Translations under genes and position numbers: made by a program
Part shown: positions 26,296 to 34,991 of the stretch, in pieces
Numbering within the stretch: the stretch's first letter is position 1
How the letters are laid out: every line of letters begins with the position of its first letter
IMG/VR virus record: IMGVR_UViG_3300006737_007029
Location: 1 to 56,152 of that record
Reading direction: 5' to 3' (one strand)
Origin: a virus
Lineage: Duplodnaviria > Caudoviricetes
Length of the DNA: 56,152 nt
Notes under the pieces: generated by a model
Seen by the model: only the letters and a program-made list of their open reading frames with translations
Told to the model about the DNA's origin: nothing
Databases searched by the model: none

Positions 26296-26754
26296 TTAGT
26301 CGAAATCAACCGCTTTCTTTGCCTTTTCCGTTGCTTCTTCTTCTGTTTCATAATGATAAGCATCTGACTCTAAGTAAGTCTTCTTTTTAAGTTTACTTGC
26401 TTCAACTACGTCCTTGATATGTGTCATCATGTCTGCAAATTCAGGAGTGTTAGGCATATCACTTTTGTCTAACATATCCATCATTATGTTTAATTGTTTG
26501 TGCAAAGGATATTTTGATTCAATATTTTCAGTGGTTTGTGCATTTACAACTGATTCGTTCAGCATAGGTTTTTCATCACAAGCTTTGACTGATCCAGTGT
26601 CATAGTCTCCATCATAAAAATCTAGTATTGGATCTATTTCAACATCTTTAAATTTAAATTTGCTTAGATCTAACATGCCATTGTCCGCAGGTTTTTCACC
26701 TAACAGAATGCCTGTTTTTGCATTGAACATTAATGTCATTTGTTGCTTGGCCAT
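26296..26754 (-). CDS. hypothetical protein, possible tail-fibre assembly chaperone
   Basis: Acidic 152 aa; IESKYPLHKQLNI; lies within the fibre cluster; AATAAATA 8 nt upstream. Confidence 0.55.
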   Translation of the reverse strand: MAKQQMTLMFNAKTGILLGEKPADNGMLDLSKFKFKDVEIDPILDFYDGDYDTGSVKACDEKPMLNESVVNAQTTENIESKYPLHKQLNIMMDMLDKSDMPNTPEFADMMTHIKDVVEASKLKKKTYLESDAYHYETEEEATEKAKKAVDFD

Positions 26755-26765
26755 TGTGCTGTTAT

Positions 26766-27260
26766 TTATTCGTATAAAAGACAGAGGCTATACTTTGTTG
26801 GCTCATGATCACCAATCGTTGTGACTTCATGATACAGTCCAATGTCCATATCCAGCAAACTGCCTACCTTTTCCTGTATGAAATGTTGATTATCATGTTC
26901 ATCATACCAACAAAAATGTGGTTCTCCAGCAGTCAAATACACTAATTTAAACTTCCAATATAGTCCTTGGGCATCACAATGTTTGACTAGATAATCTCCT
27001 GGTTCATATTTGTTCAATACCAATTGTGTACAGTGTTTGCGATCATGGGGTATTGTTTCAAATATTACATCAGCAAATGGATCATGCACATGAATGAACC
27101 AAGATGAAAATTGACTGATTGGTCCGCCAGGCTTTGCCTGATGATATTTGCGTGTGCCTTTTTCACGCCTTGTGAAATCTCCATGCTGTATTGCATGGTC
27201 AAGTATATGTTCAGCATTACCCAAGTAATTTTCAATGAGTGTAGGAGCCTGAATAGGCAT
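26766..27260 (-). CDS. 2OG-Fe(II) oxygenase
   Basis: LNKYEPGDYLVKHCD (HxD), LVYL, LYHEVTTI (distal His), TKYSL. Confidence 0.8.
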   Translation of the reverse strand: MPIQAPTLIENYLGNAEHILDHAIQHGDFTRREKGTRKYHQAKPGGPISQFSSWFIHVHDPFADVIFETIPHDRKHCTQLVLNKYEPGDYLVKHCDAQGLYWKFKLVYLTAGEPHFCWYDEHDNQHFIQEKVGSLLDMDIGLYHEVTTIGDHEPTKYSLCLLYE

Positions 27261-27263
27261 TTT

Positions 27264-29408
27264 TTATCCTGAAGTGTATGCCCAGTTAGAAGCACCACGT
27301 GTGAATATTAAGTCATTATTTCTTGTGTGGTTCAGTGTCGTGGTTGTGGTTGTTGCTACTGAATTCCTTGAATCACCAATTGCCGCCACATAGTTGGATG
27401 ATGAAGATGAAGAAGCAGTGATGCTTACACCAGCTATTCTTGCTTTAGTGCCTGATGCCGCATTTGGAGCCAATGTGTCTAATAGTGAGGCAATGTTTGC
27501 ATTTGACAATCCTGTTGTATTCAATGAGAAAAATAAATCAGTTGATATTGTTGCAATCTGTGTTGCCACATATGCTTTGATAGATTGTTGAGTGGCTAAT
27601 GCAGTGGCAGAATCGGAATCAAAAGCATCTTCATCTAGTATTTGACTCACTGTGGTCGTTCCTCCGACTGTGAAGTTGTCTGCAACAGTTAATGCTCCCG
27701 AAACTCTTAATCCTTCATCAATTTGTACAGCACCTGAATCGTTTGCTCTGATTGGACCACCTAATTCAATTCCATTGTTGATTGTAATAAATGTTGAATC
27801 ATCAGAACTTATTGTTTCTACAACAAGGTCACCTTCTATGCTCATGCCATCTTGCACTGTGATTAATGTAGAGTCTGTGCTTTTTAATATTGATGTGTCA
27901 GTGGTAGTAACAGTGATACTTGCTCCTGTGATGGTACCAGTAGTTTCTAAATTTTCATTATCAAAGTCTATCCCGCCACTTGAATTTACTATTGTGTTTC
28001 CGCTGATTGTAGTGTTCCCAGCTATCACTCCGGCAGTTCCTGTGACTGTGCCTTGAGATAAAATGTTTCCACTGGATGCTGTAATCGAAGCTTTCACAGT
28101 TGAATCTGATGAACTTGCTTCAACAATTATGTCATCGTTACTTGTTACCCCTGTTGTTGTAATTGGATTTCCGTTGTTGTTGATTGGTCCGAACCCATTC
28201 ACTATATTTCCTACTGATAAATCTCCTACTTGTGTCAATGAAGATGCTGTCACTCCTGATCCCAAAGTGGTAGCATTTAGAACAGATGTACCATTAACAC
28301 TGAACACTTTGCCTGTTGCAACAGATAGACCTGAAGATGACTCCAAGTATCCACCATCCGAACCTGTGACCAGTAATGTGACATCAGCTGATGCACTGCC
28401 ACCTTCTATATCCAGTCCTGCATTTTGGTTAGATGCTCTTGGACTTGCATCATTTACTACTAATTTAGAATCAGCAAATGACGATGATGATCCAGTAGTA
28501 ACTAGGTTGCCATCTACTTGTAAGTTTCCATAAACTCTCAAATCCGCAGAATTTGTTACTTCAACAGCATTAACTAGCACTGATGATTGATTCACTCTGA
28601 AAAAGATTGAGTCAAAGTTGTTGTTTTGAATAATGACATTGTTTGAATCAATAAACATTTGTCCTTCACTGTTAGCACCAAAAGATAAACCTTGATTATT
28701 CGTAATTGACAATGTACCACTCATGGTTGAATTGTCTGTGGTATTGATGTAATCGGCAGCTGGTGAACCGCCAAGTTCTAAAGCATTTTGAGCCGTACCG
28801 TGTAATCTAAATGTGGTTGAATCTGTGTCTGTGTAAAATGTTAATCCTTTTTGTATTGTGGCAGAATCAAATCCTGTTGGAGTTGATGCCAATGTTCTTT
28901 CAGTTGCTGATAATATTCCTACTCGCGTGCCATCTTGATACAGGCTTACAACATTTGCTGTGCCACCTCCTGATAAATTTTCTTCATCGACTAACCATCC
29001 TGACTTACCATCACCTGTTTTGTAAATCGGTCCAATCAGATCCCAATTGGTTCCATCATACATGTATAACTGATCATTAGTAATATGATTCCATAAATCT
29101 CCTGTCTTTACACCATCAGTTGGAGCAGTTGCTGAGTTGCGTGTTGCACCTATGGCAACAAAGTTTGATCCATCGTAAACTTTAAGTTTCAATCCAGTAA
29201 CATCATACCATAATTCTCCTCTAACAGGATTTGTTGGTGCTGAAGTACTTGCTGAATTCTCTAACAATTTAACAAGATTTTCGTTGAATGCTTGACCGTA
29301 TGACTGGTAATTTCTTCCAATCAGTTGCAATGATGTATCATTATTCAATACTCCATCTTCTACTTGTGCAACAATAGTACCATCAGTTTTGTTTATTGTG
29401 TATGCCAT
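27264..29408 (-). CDS. tail fibre/baseplate-attached fibre protein
   Basis: MAYTINKTDG..SLQLIGRNYQSYG..NENLVKLLEN..GELWYD; beta-rich S/T/G repeats; LATQQSIKAYV. Confidence 0.78.
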   Translation of the reverse strand: MAYTINKTDGTIVAQVEDGVLNNDTSLQLIGRNYQSYGQAFNENLVKLLENSASTSAPTNPVRGELWYDVTGLKLKVYDGSNFVAIGATRNSATAPTDGVKTGDLWNHITNDQLYMYDGTNWDLIGPIYKTGDGKSGWLVDEENLSGGGTANVVSLYQDGTRVGILSATERTLASTPTGFDSATIQKGLTFYTDTDSTTFRLHGTAQNALELGGSPAADYINTTDNSTMSGTLSITNNQGLSFGANSEGQMFIDSNNVIIQNNNFDSIFFRVNQSSVLVNAVEVTNSADLRVYGNLQVDGNLVTTGSSSSFADSKLVVNDASPRASNQNAGLDIEGGSASADVTLLVTGSDGGYLESSSGLSVATGKVFSVNGTSVLNATTLGSGVTASSLTQVGDLSVGNIVNGFGPINNNGNPITTTGVTSNDDIIVEASSSDSTVKASITASSGNILSQGTVTGTAGVIAGNTTISGNTIVNSSGGIDFDNENLETTGTITGASITVTTTDTSILKSTDSTLITVQDGMSIEGDLVVETISSDDSTFITINNGIELGGPIRANDSGAVQIDEGLRVSGALTVADNFTVGGTTTVSQILDEDAFDSDSATALATQQSIKAYVATQIATISTDLFFSLNTTGLSNANIASLLDTLAPNAASGTKARIAGVSITASSSSSSNYVAAIGDSRNSVATTTTTTLNHTRNNDLIFTRGASNWAYTSG

Positions 29409-29441
29409 ATAATGTATTTAACTGTTTTGTTTCATCAGGGT

Positions 29442-30296
29442 TTAACTAAAGGTTATTGTAACTTTTCCAGCAGTGCCATTGCCACCTTCCCAATAAGGAG
29501 TGCTGTAAACAATAGAATCTCTGTCACGTGCACCACCACCTCCGCCACCTGCACCATTTCCTGATGCATCTTTACCTGACGAATTTCCAGTTGATACTGA
29601 ACCACCTAAGTTTCCACCTCCATCTCCACCTGTGCCCAAACTATTTGCCGAACTTGCTCCTGCACCTCCTGTTTGATTAGCACTACCTCCTTGGTTATCA
29701 CTACCATTAGAGCCAGTGCTACCAGTTGTGTATGTTGGACCACTTGGACCTGAAGTTGATCCTCCTGCACCACCGGCGCCAAACATACCTGGAGCAAATC
29801 CTGTTTTTGCTGAGGCTCCTACAAGACCACCAAGGGCCAAATATGTTCCATCGGGTGTAATTAATTGTGAAGCACCGCCACCTGATCCTGTCGGTGGTGA
29901 ATTTCCTCTGGCAGCTGTTGGAGCACCTTGTCCACCACCGCCAACTATAATTGTTAAATCTTGATAAGGACGTACAGATATATTTCCTGTGATGTTTCCG
30001 CCTGCACCTCCACCACCTCCGCCTCCACCAGAGCCAAGTTCGTTACCATTGCCGCCACCGCCTCCACCAGCTTGTACTACAATCGCAAGTTGATAGATGC
30101 CAGATGGTACTGTAAATGTGTGTTGTCCAACTGTGGTGAATGTTTCAGTGCCTGAGTTTGAAAATAGTGGTTCCCAATCTCCACCTTCTTTGATAAAAAT
30201 TTGACCAGCACGTTTCCAGTTGCCGTTCTTTTTTACATAAACTTCTTCTGTGTTGTGGATTGTTCCGTCACTCTTAACATATAACTTTGATGTCAT
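29442..30296 (-). CDS. glycine-rich fibre tip/adhesin-like protein
   Basis: N-terminal YVK..W K/E repeats, FTVPSGIY, AGGGGGG and GGGG loops, GGNGTAGKVTITF. Confidence 0.75.
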   Translation of the reverse strand: MTSKLYVKSDGTIHNTEEVYVKKNGNWKRAGQIFIKEGGDWEPLFSNSGTETFTTVGQHTFTVPSGIYQLAIVVQAGGGGGGNGNELGSGGGGGGGGAGGNITGNISVRPYQDLTIIVGGGGQGAPTAARGNSPPTGSGGGASQLITPDGTYLALGGLVGASAKTGFAPGMFGAGGAGGSTSGPSGPTYTTGSTGSNGSDNQGGSANQTGGAGASSANSLGTGGDGGGNLGGSVSTGNSSGKDASGNGAGGGGGGARDRDSIVYSTPYWEGGNGTAGKVTITFS

Positions 30297-30299
30297 ATG

Positions 30300-31895
30300 T
30301 TACACCCTATACCAAATGTCTCCGTCAGATCCACCTGATGGCGCACTTGTTGATACTGTTCTTGTGCCAGTAGCATTTGATCCAACTGTGATAGAATTTA
30401 CTTGGCCTGTTAAATTTCCTGTGAATCCTGTTTGTGTTGTGATCCTACCACTGACATTTACACCTTCGTTTATCTGTATAGCAGAAGAATCTGTAGATTG
30501 TATTATATTCACATCCAATGTTGGTACCGTGATTGTTGTAGTGCCAGTAATTGCACCAGTCACAGCAAGTGTTGATCCGTCAAATTCTAAATTGGATTCT
30601 GCATTCAGGGCCGAAGTACTTACGGCAGTAACAATTCTGTTGTTCGCACCGTTGCTTACAGATATTGTTCCTGTAAGATTTGATCCGTCTCCTTTGTAAG
30701 CTGTGGCTGTCACTGTGCCTTTGACATTAAGACCATCTTCAACAGTGACTTCTGTTGAATCAGATGATGATATTGTGTTTACATTCAATGTATCATTTAT
30801 CTGTACCGCAGTTGAATCAGATGATGAAATTTCGTTCACAGTGATATTATCATCCAATGCAATATTGACTGTGTTGGATCCTGCTGTTACCGATGTGGTT
30901 ACGCTGTTTCCTCCAGCAAATACTAACTCTTCTGTTTTTGTGACAATGGATCCTGTGTTGGAAGACAGATCACTAAACTCCAGTGTGCCGCCACCTATTT
31001 GATTATCCACATATGCTTTGATTGATTGTTGTGTAGCAAGTTTTGTTGCACTGTTTGAGGACATATCATCCTCGTCTTTGATTCCTGTTACTGTGGCTCC
31101 GTCTCCCGCAATAGTAAAATCTTCATCTGTGACTAGTGATCCATTTACTGTGAGAGCACCACTCACATTCAAAGCGTCTTGTACTTGAATAGCAGTAGAA
31201 CTTGAACTGGAAATTGTTTCAGTGTCTATATTATTAATTTGTACTGCTGTCGAATCAAAGGATGTAATATCTCTTGTGTTCACTGTTGGTGCAGACACAG
31301 TGCCAGACACATTTAAAGTGTCATTGATCTGAATTGCTGTGGAGTCTGTTGATGCAATAGTGTTGACATTCAACGTGTCATTAATTTGTAATCCAGTTGA
31401 ATCAGAAGATTCAATTTGATTCACTTGCAACACATCATTTATTTTGATTGATGCTGAATCTGTTGCTGATATTTCACTTATGATAATATGATCTCTTGTG
31501 GCTATGGACAAAGTGTCACCACTCACACTGGTTGTGATGTTACTGCCTCCAGCAAATTGAAATGTTTCACCAATGTTAATACCTGTGCCTGTTGAATCAT
31601 CACCAACTATGGTGAAAGCATCACCGCCTGCTGTGGCAATGTTGATAAATTCTGTGCCAGAATATAATTTTAATTTTGCATTGGTTGTATCATACCATAA
31701 TTCACCTGTTAATGGAGCTGTAGGTGCTGTGCCAGATGAAGAATTTTCTAAAAGTTTTACTAAATTTTCGTTTATTCTTTCACCATAATTTTGAAATAAT
31801 TTTCCAGGAAGTGATACAGAACTGGTTGTGTCTAATTGGCCGTCTTGTATAACTGCGAGTATTGTTCCATCTGTTTTGTTGATTGTGTATGCCAT
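30300..31895 (-). CDS. tail fibre protein with ~19-aa DST repeats
   Basis: MAYTINKTDG N-terminus; repeated I.S.DSTA.QINDTLNV; ends APSGGSDGDIWYRV. Confidence 0.78.
   Translation of the reverse strand: MAYTINKTDGTILAVIQDGQLDTTSSVSLPGKLFQNYGERINENLVKLLENSSSGTAPTAPLTGELWYDTTNAKLKLYSGTEFINIATAGGDAFTIVGDDSTGTGINIGETFQFAGGSNITTSVSGDTLSIATRDHIIISEISATDSASIKINDVLQVNQIESSDSTGLQINDTLNVNTIASTDSTAIQINDTLNVSGTVSAPTVNTRDITSFDSTAVQINNIDTETISSSSSTAIQVQDALNVSGALTVNGSLVTDEDFTIAGDGATVTGIKDEDDMSSNSATKLATQQSIKAYVDNQIGGGTLEFSDLSSNTGSIVTKTEELVFAGGNSVTTSVTAGSNTVNIALDDNITVNEISSSDSTAVQINDTLNVNTISSSDSTEVTVEDGLNVKGTVTATAYKGDGSNLTGTISVSNGANNRIVTAVSTSALNAESNLEFDGSTLAVTGAITGTTTITVPTLDVNIIQSTDSSAIQINEGVNVSGRITTQTGFTGNLTGQVNSITVGSNATGTRTVSTSAPSGGSDGDIWYRV
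30440..31480 (-). repeat. ~19-aa repeat (I-x-S-x-D-S-T-A-I-Q-I-N-D-T-L-N-V) in a fibre
   Basis: About 8 variably degenerate copies; related copies in 27264..29408 and 32642..34975. Confidence 0.75.
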
Positions 31896-31914
31896 CGTGT
31901 GTATTTAATTAAAA

Positions 31915-32574
31915 TTACACGTCTACGAAATTAGTCAAACTCTGTATTCTGATTGTATAATCTATCTGTATCAATCTGTTTAAAGATTTTTGTACAGGGT
32001 GGAATATAACATGAGTCAACAAATTTCCCGTGCCTGCTGTTCCTTCCCATGAAAACAATCCTATTTCATCAAATACAAAGGTATCGTTCACGTTGGTTGT
32101 GTTATCAAAAGCACTTTGCCCTGCAGGCTCACCAAAATCTAAAAGTGCTGTCACAATGACATCTGTATATGTTGTGCCGTTCACGTGTGCTGTGGTGATT
32201 TTATTTCTTGCTGTGTCTGTGTTCAATGATGAAGTATCATTTACACTTTTGAAATATGTTTTGTTGTACAAATTGGCATTGTCTCCTGAAGAGTTTGGAG
32301 TCAAATATGTGATTACGCCGGTAGAGTCCACAGTTGTACCACCATTACCAAAATGCATTTCTTCTATGAATCCTGTGGTTCTATTTGCTATGCTTTTTGC
32401 CAGTGCAACAGAGAAGTTTTCATAGTGAATTGCATTCTTTTTGTCTACATACACATCGCCTGAATTTGGGTCAAAAATTTTGATATGACCTTCTATGTTT
32501 ACACCTTGTGTTTCGTCGGTTGATTTCACTGATTCTTCCTGTGTTTGTGATTGTGTTTGTAATTTCTCTGTCAT
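31915..32574 (-). CDS. baseplate wedge/tail structural protein
   Basis: IEGHIKIFD..KNAIHYEN..MHFGNGG..VFDEIGL..THVIFHPVQKSLNRLIQIDYTIRI; position downstream of the giant wedge gene. Confidence 0.65.
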   Translation of the reverse strand: MTEKLQTQSQTQEESVKSTDETQGVNIEGHIKIFDPNSGDVYVDKKNAIHYENFSVALAKSIANRTTGFIEEMHFGNGGTTVDSTGVITYLTPNSSGDNANLYNKTYFKSVNDTSSLNTDTARNKITTAHVNGTTYTDVIVTALLDFGEPAGQSAFDNTTNVNDTFVFDEIGLFSWEGTAGTGNLLTHVIFHPVQKSLNRLIQIDYTIRIQSLTNFVDV

Positions 32575-32583
32575 GTATTTTAT

Positions 32584-32634
32584 TATTTATGGCGACGATA
32601 TCCAGCAAACCAAGGTTTGCGATATTGGTAAATA
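32584..32634. promoter_or_regulatory. back-to-back TAAATA late promoters flanking an inverted repeat
   Basis: TAAATA on - (32589-32584) and + (32629-32634); GCAAACC-AA-GGTTTGC at 32605-32620 with outer ATATC/GATAT arms. Confidence 0.6.
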
Positions 32635-32641
32635 AATGTAT

Positions 32642-34975
32642 ATGACAACTCAGGTACAGTTTAGACGAGGCACAACATCTCAGCACAATTCTTTCACAGG
32701 TGCTGTAGGCGAAGTCACTGTAGACACGGATTTAGACACTCTAAGAGTGCATGATGGTGCTGTTGCAGGCGGAACTAGAATTGCAAAATTTACAGATATC
32801 GCGGCGGCAACAATAGATATTTCAGACTCAAGTTCTAACACAGTAAGTTTGGCTCCTGGAGCAGGTGATATTACTTTTATAGGTAATGATATCACTACGT
32901 CAGCGGCTGGAAACACCATGACATTTACCTTGAACAGAAGTATTAGTGTTGACGAAATTTCTGCTCAAGATTCAAGTGCTGTCACAATCAACAATCCACT
33001 AAATGTAAGCACAATACAATCAACAGATTCAACAGGCATTACCATAAACGACGATTTGCATTTAGCAGGTACATTACGAGCAGAAGATTCAGGCACAATC
33101 AGTGTTGATGGAGGAATGGCAATATCGGGTGCAATAGCATCTGGAGCCATTACATCATCAGGAGCAATCACGTCCGGTGGAGTTGTTACAGGAACAGGAT
33201 TTACTATTGGGTCAGCGGCTATAAACGAAGCAGAACTAGAAACAATCGACGGTGTAACAGCAGGTACGGTGGCGGCGTCAAAAGCAGTGGTAGTTGATGC
33301 CAACAAAGATGCATCATCATTTAGAAATCTTACAGCTACAGGCGCAATAACCAGTGGAACATTTGTGATTGGTTCTGCAGACATTGACGAAACTGATTTA
33401 GAAAAAATTGACGGTATAACAAACGGAGCAGGTGCGGCCAACAAAGCATTGGTACTTGATGGTTCTGCAAACGTGGCATCAGGCCTGGCTGCCTTGACAG
33501 CAAGTGGCGTGGTGACAGCGGCAGGCTTTACCATCGGATCAGCAGTAATAGATGAAACTGATTTAGAAAAAATAGATGGCATAACAAACGGCACAGCGGC
33601 TGCCAACAAGGCACTAGTTGCTGATGCTAATATTGATATAGGCACTATAAGAAATTTAAGTATGACCGGCAACATGGATATCGGTGGCGATTTACAACTG
33701 GACGGAAACTTAACAGTGTCAGGCACTACAAATTCTGTGAACACAACCACACTAGAAGTGGCTGATGCATTATTAGAATTAAACAAAAACAATTCAGGTG
33801 GTGCTGATATAGACGGTGGAATATTAATACAACGTGGGTCAGCAGGAAACAATGCGGCATTTTATTGGAATGAAGGCGATGACAAATTTAAAGCAGTGCT
33901 TACTAACTCGGCAGGTACAGCAACAGCAGTAACAGATAGTTCACAAGCTACAATAGTTGCAACCATCGAAGGTACTTCCGTGACCGGTACTACTGTGGTT
34001 GGTGGTACAACAACTATTACCGCGGCAACTATTACAAACAGTACAGGTGCTATTAGTTTCGGCAATGAAAATTTAACAACCACAGGTACAATAAATGGTG
34101 GTGCGATTACTGGCACAGGATTTGTTATCGGGTCGGCCTCAATGAATGAAGCTGATCTAGAAAAAATAGATGGAATCACAGATGGTACAATAGCTGCCAA
34201 CAAAGCAGTTGTTGTTGATAGTAACAAAGATGCTTCATCATTCAGAAACCTACAATGGAGTGGTACTGGTACTGGTGATGTCACTGGAGACCTAACAGGA
34301 AATGCAGACACAGCTACAGTGTTAGCCACTTCAAGAAACTTTTCTATCACAGGTGACGTCACAGCGGCTAACGTAGGATTTACTGGTTCAGGCAACGTTG
34401 CCTTGAGTGCTGGTAGTGTTGTAGCAACTACTGTAAAAACACAGTCAAGAGCGACCGATGCGGCACACTTTCTTACATTTGTTACAGATAACAATGGATC
34501 AGCCACAGCAGAATCTTTGTTTACTGATGCTGGCATACAATACAATCCAAGTTCAAACATATTGAGTACAACGGCAACTGCCGCACAATATTCTGACTTG
34601 GCTGAGAAATATGTTGCTGACAATCCGTACGAGCCAGGCACAGTGATAATATTCGGCGGAGACAATGAAGTCACAACAACAGAAGTATCACATGATCCTA
34701 GAGTGGCAGGTGTGGTATCCACAGCACCAGGCTTTATCATGAATGAATCATGTGAAGGTGCTCATGTTGTTGATTTGGCACTTACTGGACGTGTGCCATG
34801 TAAAGTGAAAGGCGTAGTTTCTAAAGGCGATTTAATTGTGTCATCAAATATTGCAGGCGTAGGCACAAAACTTAATTCTGCATCATATCAAGTTGGCTGT
34901 ATAATCGGTAAAGCACTTGAATCAAAAGACACTGCTGACGTAGGTGTTATTGAAGTTGTAGTTGGCAGACTTTAA
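32642..34975 (+). CDS. tail fibre/major-tropism-determinant-like protein with C-terminal Peptidase_G2-like chaperone
   Basis: MTTQVQFRRGTT..GEVTVDTD..VHDG N-terminus; four ~55-aa repeats; AQYSDLAEKY..ALTGRVPCKV C-terminus; start 32642 (alternative 32636). Confidence 0.8.
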   Translation: MTTQVQFRRGTTSQHNSFTGAVGEVTVDTDLDTLRVHDGAVAGGTRIAKFTDIAAATIDISDSSSNTVSLAPGAGDITFIGNDITTSAAGNTMTFTLNRSISVDEISAQDSSAVTINNPLNVSTIQSTDSTGITINDDLHLAGTLRAEDSGTISVDGGMAISGAIASGAITSSGAITSGGVVTGTGFTIGSAAINEAELETIDGVTAGTVAASKAVVVDANKDASSFRNLTATGAITSGTFVIGSADIDETDLEKIDGITNGAGAANKALVLDGSANVASGLAALTASGVVTAAGFTIGSAVIDETDLEKIDGITNGTAAANKALVADANIDIGTIRNLSMTGNMDIGGDLQLDGNLTVSGTTNSVNTTTLEVADALLELNKNNSGGADIDGGILIQRGSAGNNAAFYWNEGDDKFKAVLTNSAGTATAVTDSSQATIVATIEGTSVTGTTVVGGTTTITAATITNSTGAISFGNENLTTTGTINGGAITGTGFVIGSASMNEADLEKIDGITDGTIAANKAVVVDSNKDASSFRNLQWSGTGTGDVTGDLTGNADTATVLATSRNFSITGDVTAANVGFTGSGNVALSAGSVVATTVKTQSRATDAAHFLTFVTDNNGSATAESLFTDAGIQYNPSSNILSTTATAAQYSDLAEKYVADNPYEPGTVIIFGGDNEVTTTEVSHDPRVAGVVSTAPGFIMNESCEGAHVVDLALTGRVPCKVKGVVSKGDLIVSSNIAGVGTKLNSASYQVGCIIGKALESKDTADVGVIEVVVGRL
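33197..34252 (+). repeat. four ~55-aa repeats (FxIGSAxIxExDLEKIDGITxGxxAANKAxVxD)
   Basis: Three tandem copies plus one separated copy; DNA gaaactgatttagaaaaaat recurs. Confidence 0.8.
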
Positions 34976-34991
34976 TTTTTTTCTTAAATTT

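Noticed and set aside
32680-34740. Long antisense ORFs (79, 295 and 292 aa) opposite the 779-aa fibre, and similar shadow ORFs opposite other fibre and baseplate genes
   Set aside because: They mirror the sense frame of Thr/Ala/Gly/Ser-rich genes, have low-complexity P/V/A/S content and show no RBS, promoter or motif
23728-34975. Diversity-generating retroelement targeting the fibres
   Set aside because: No reverse transcriptase and no template/variable repeat pair differing only at adenines was seen
32575-34991. Invertible tail-fibre cassette (Mu gin/P1 cin type)
   Set aside because: No inverted repeats pair the two ends of the segment and there is no recombinase in the window
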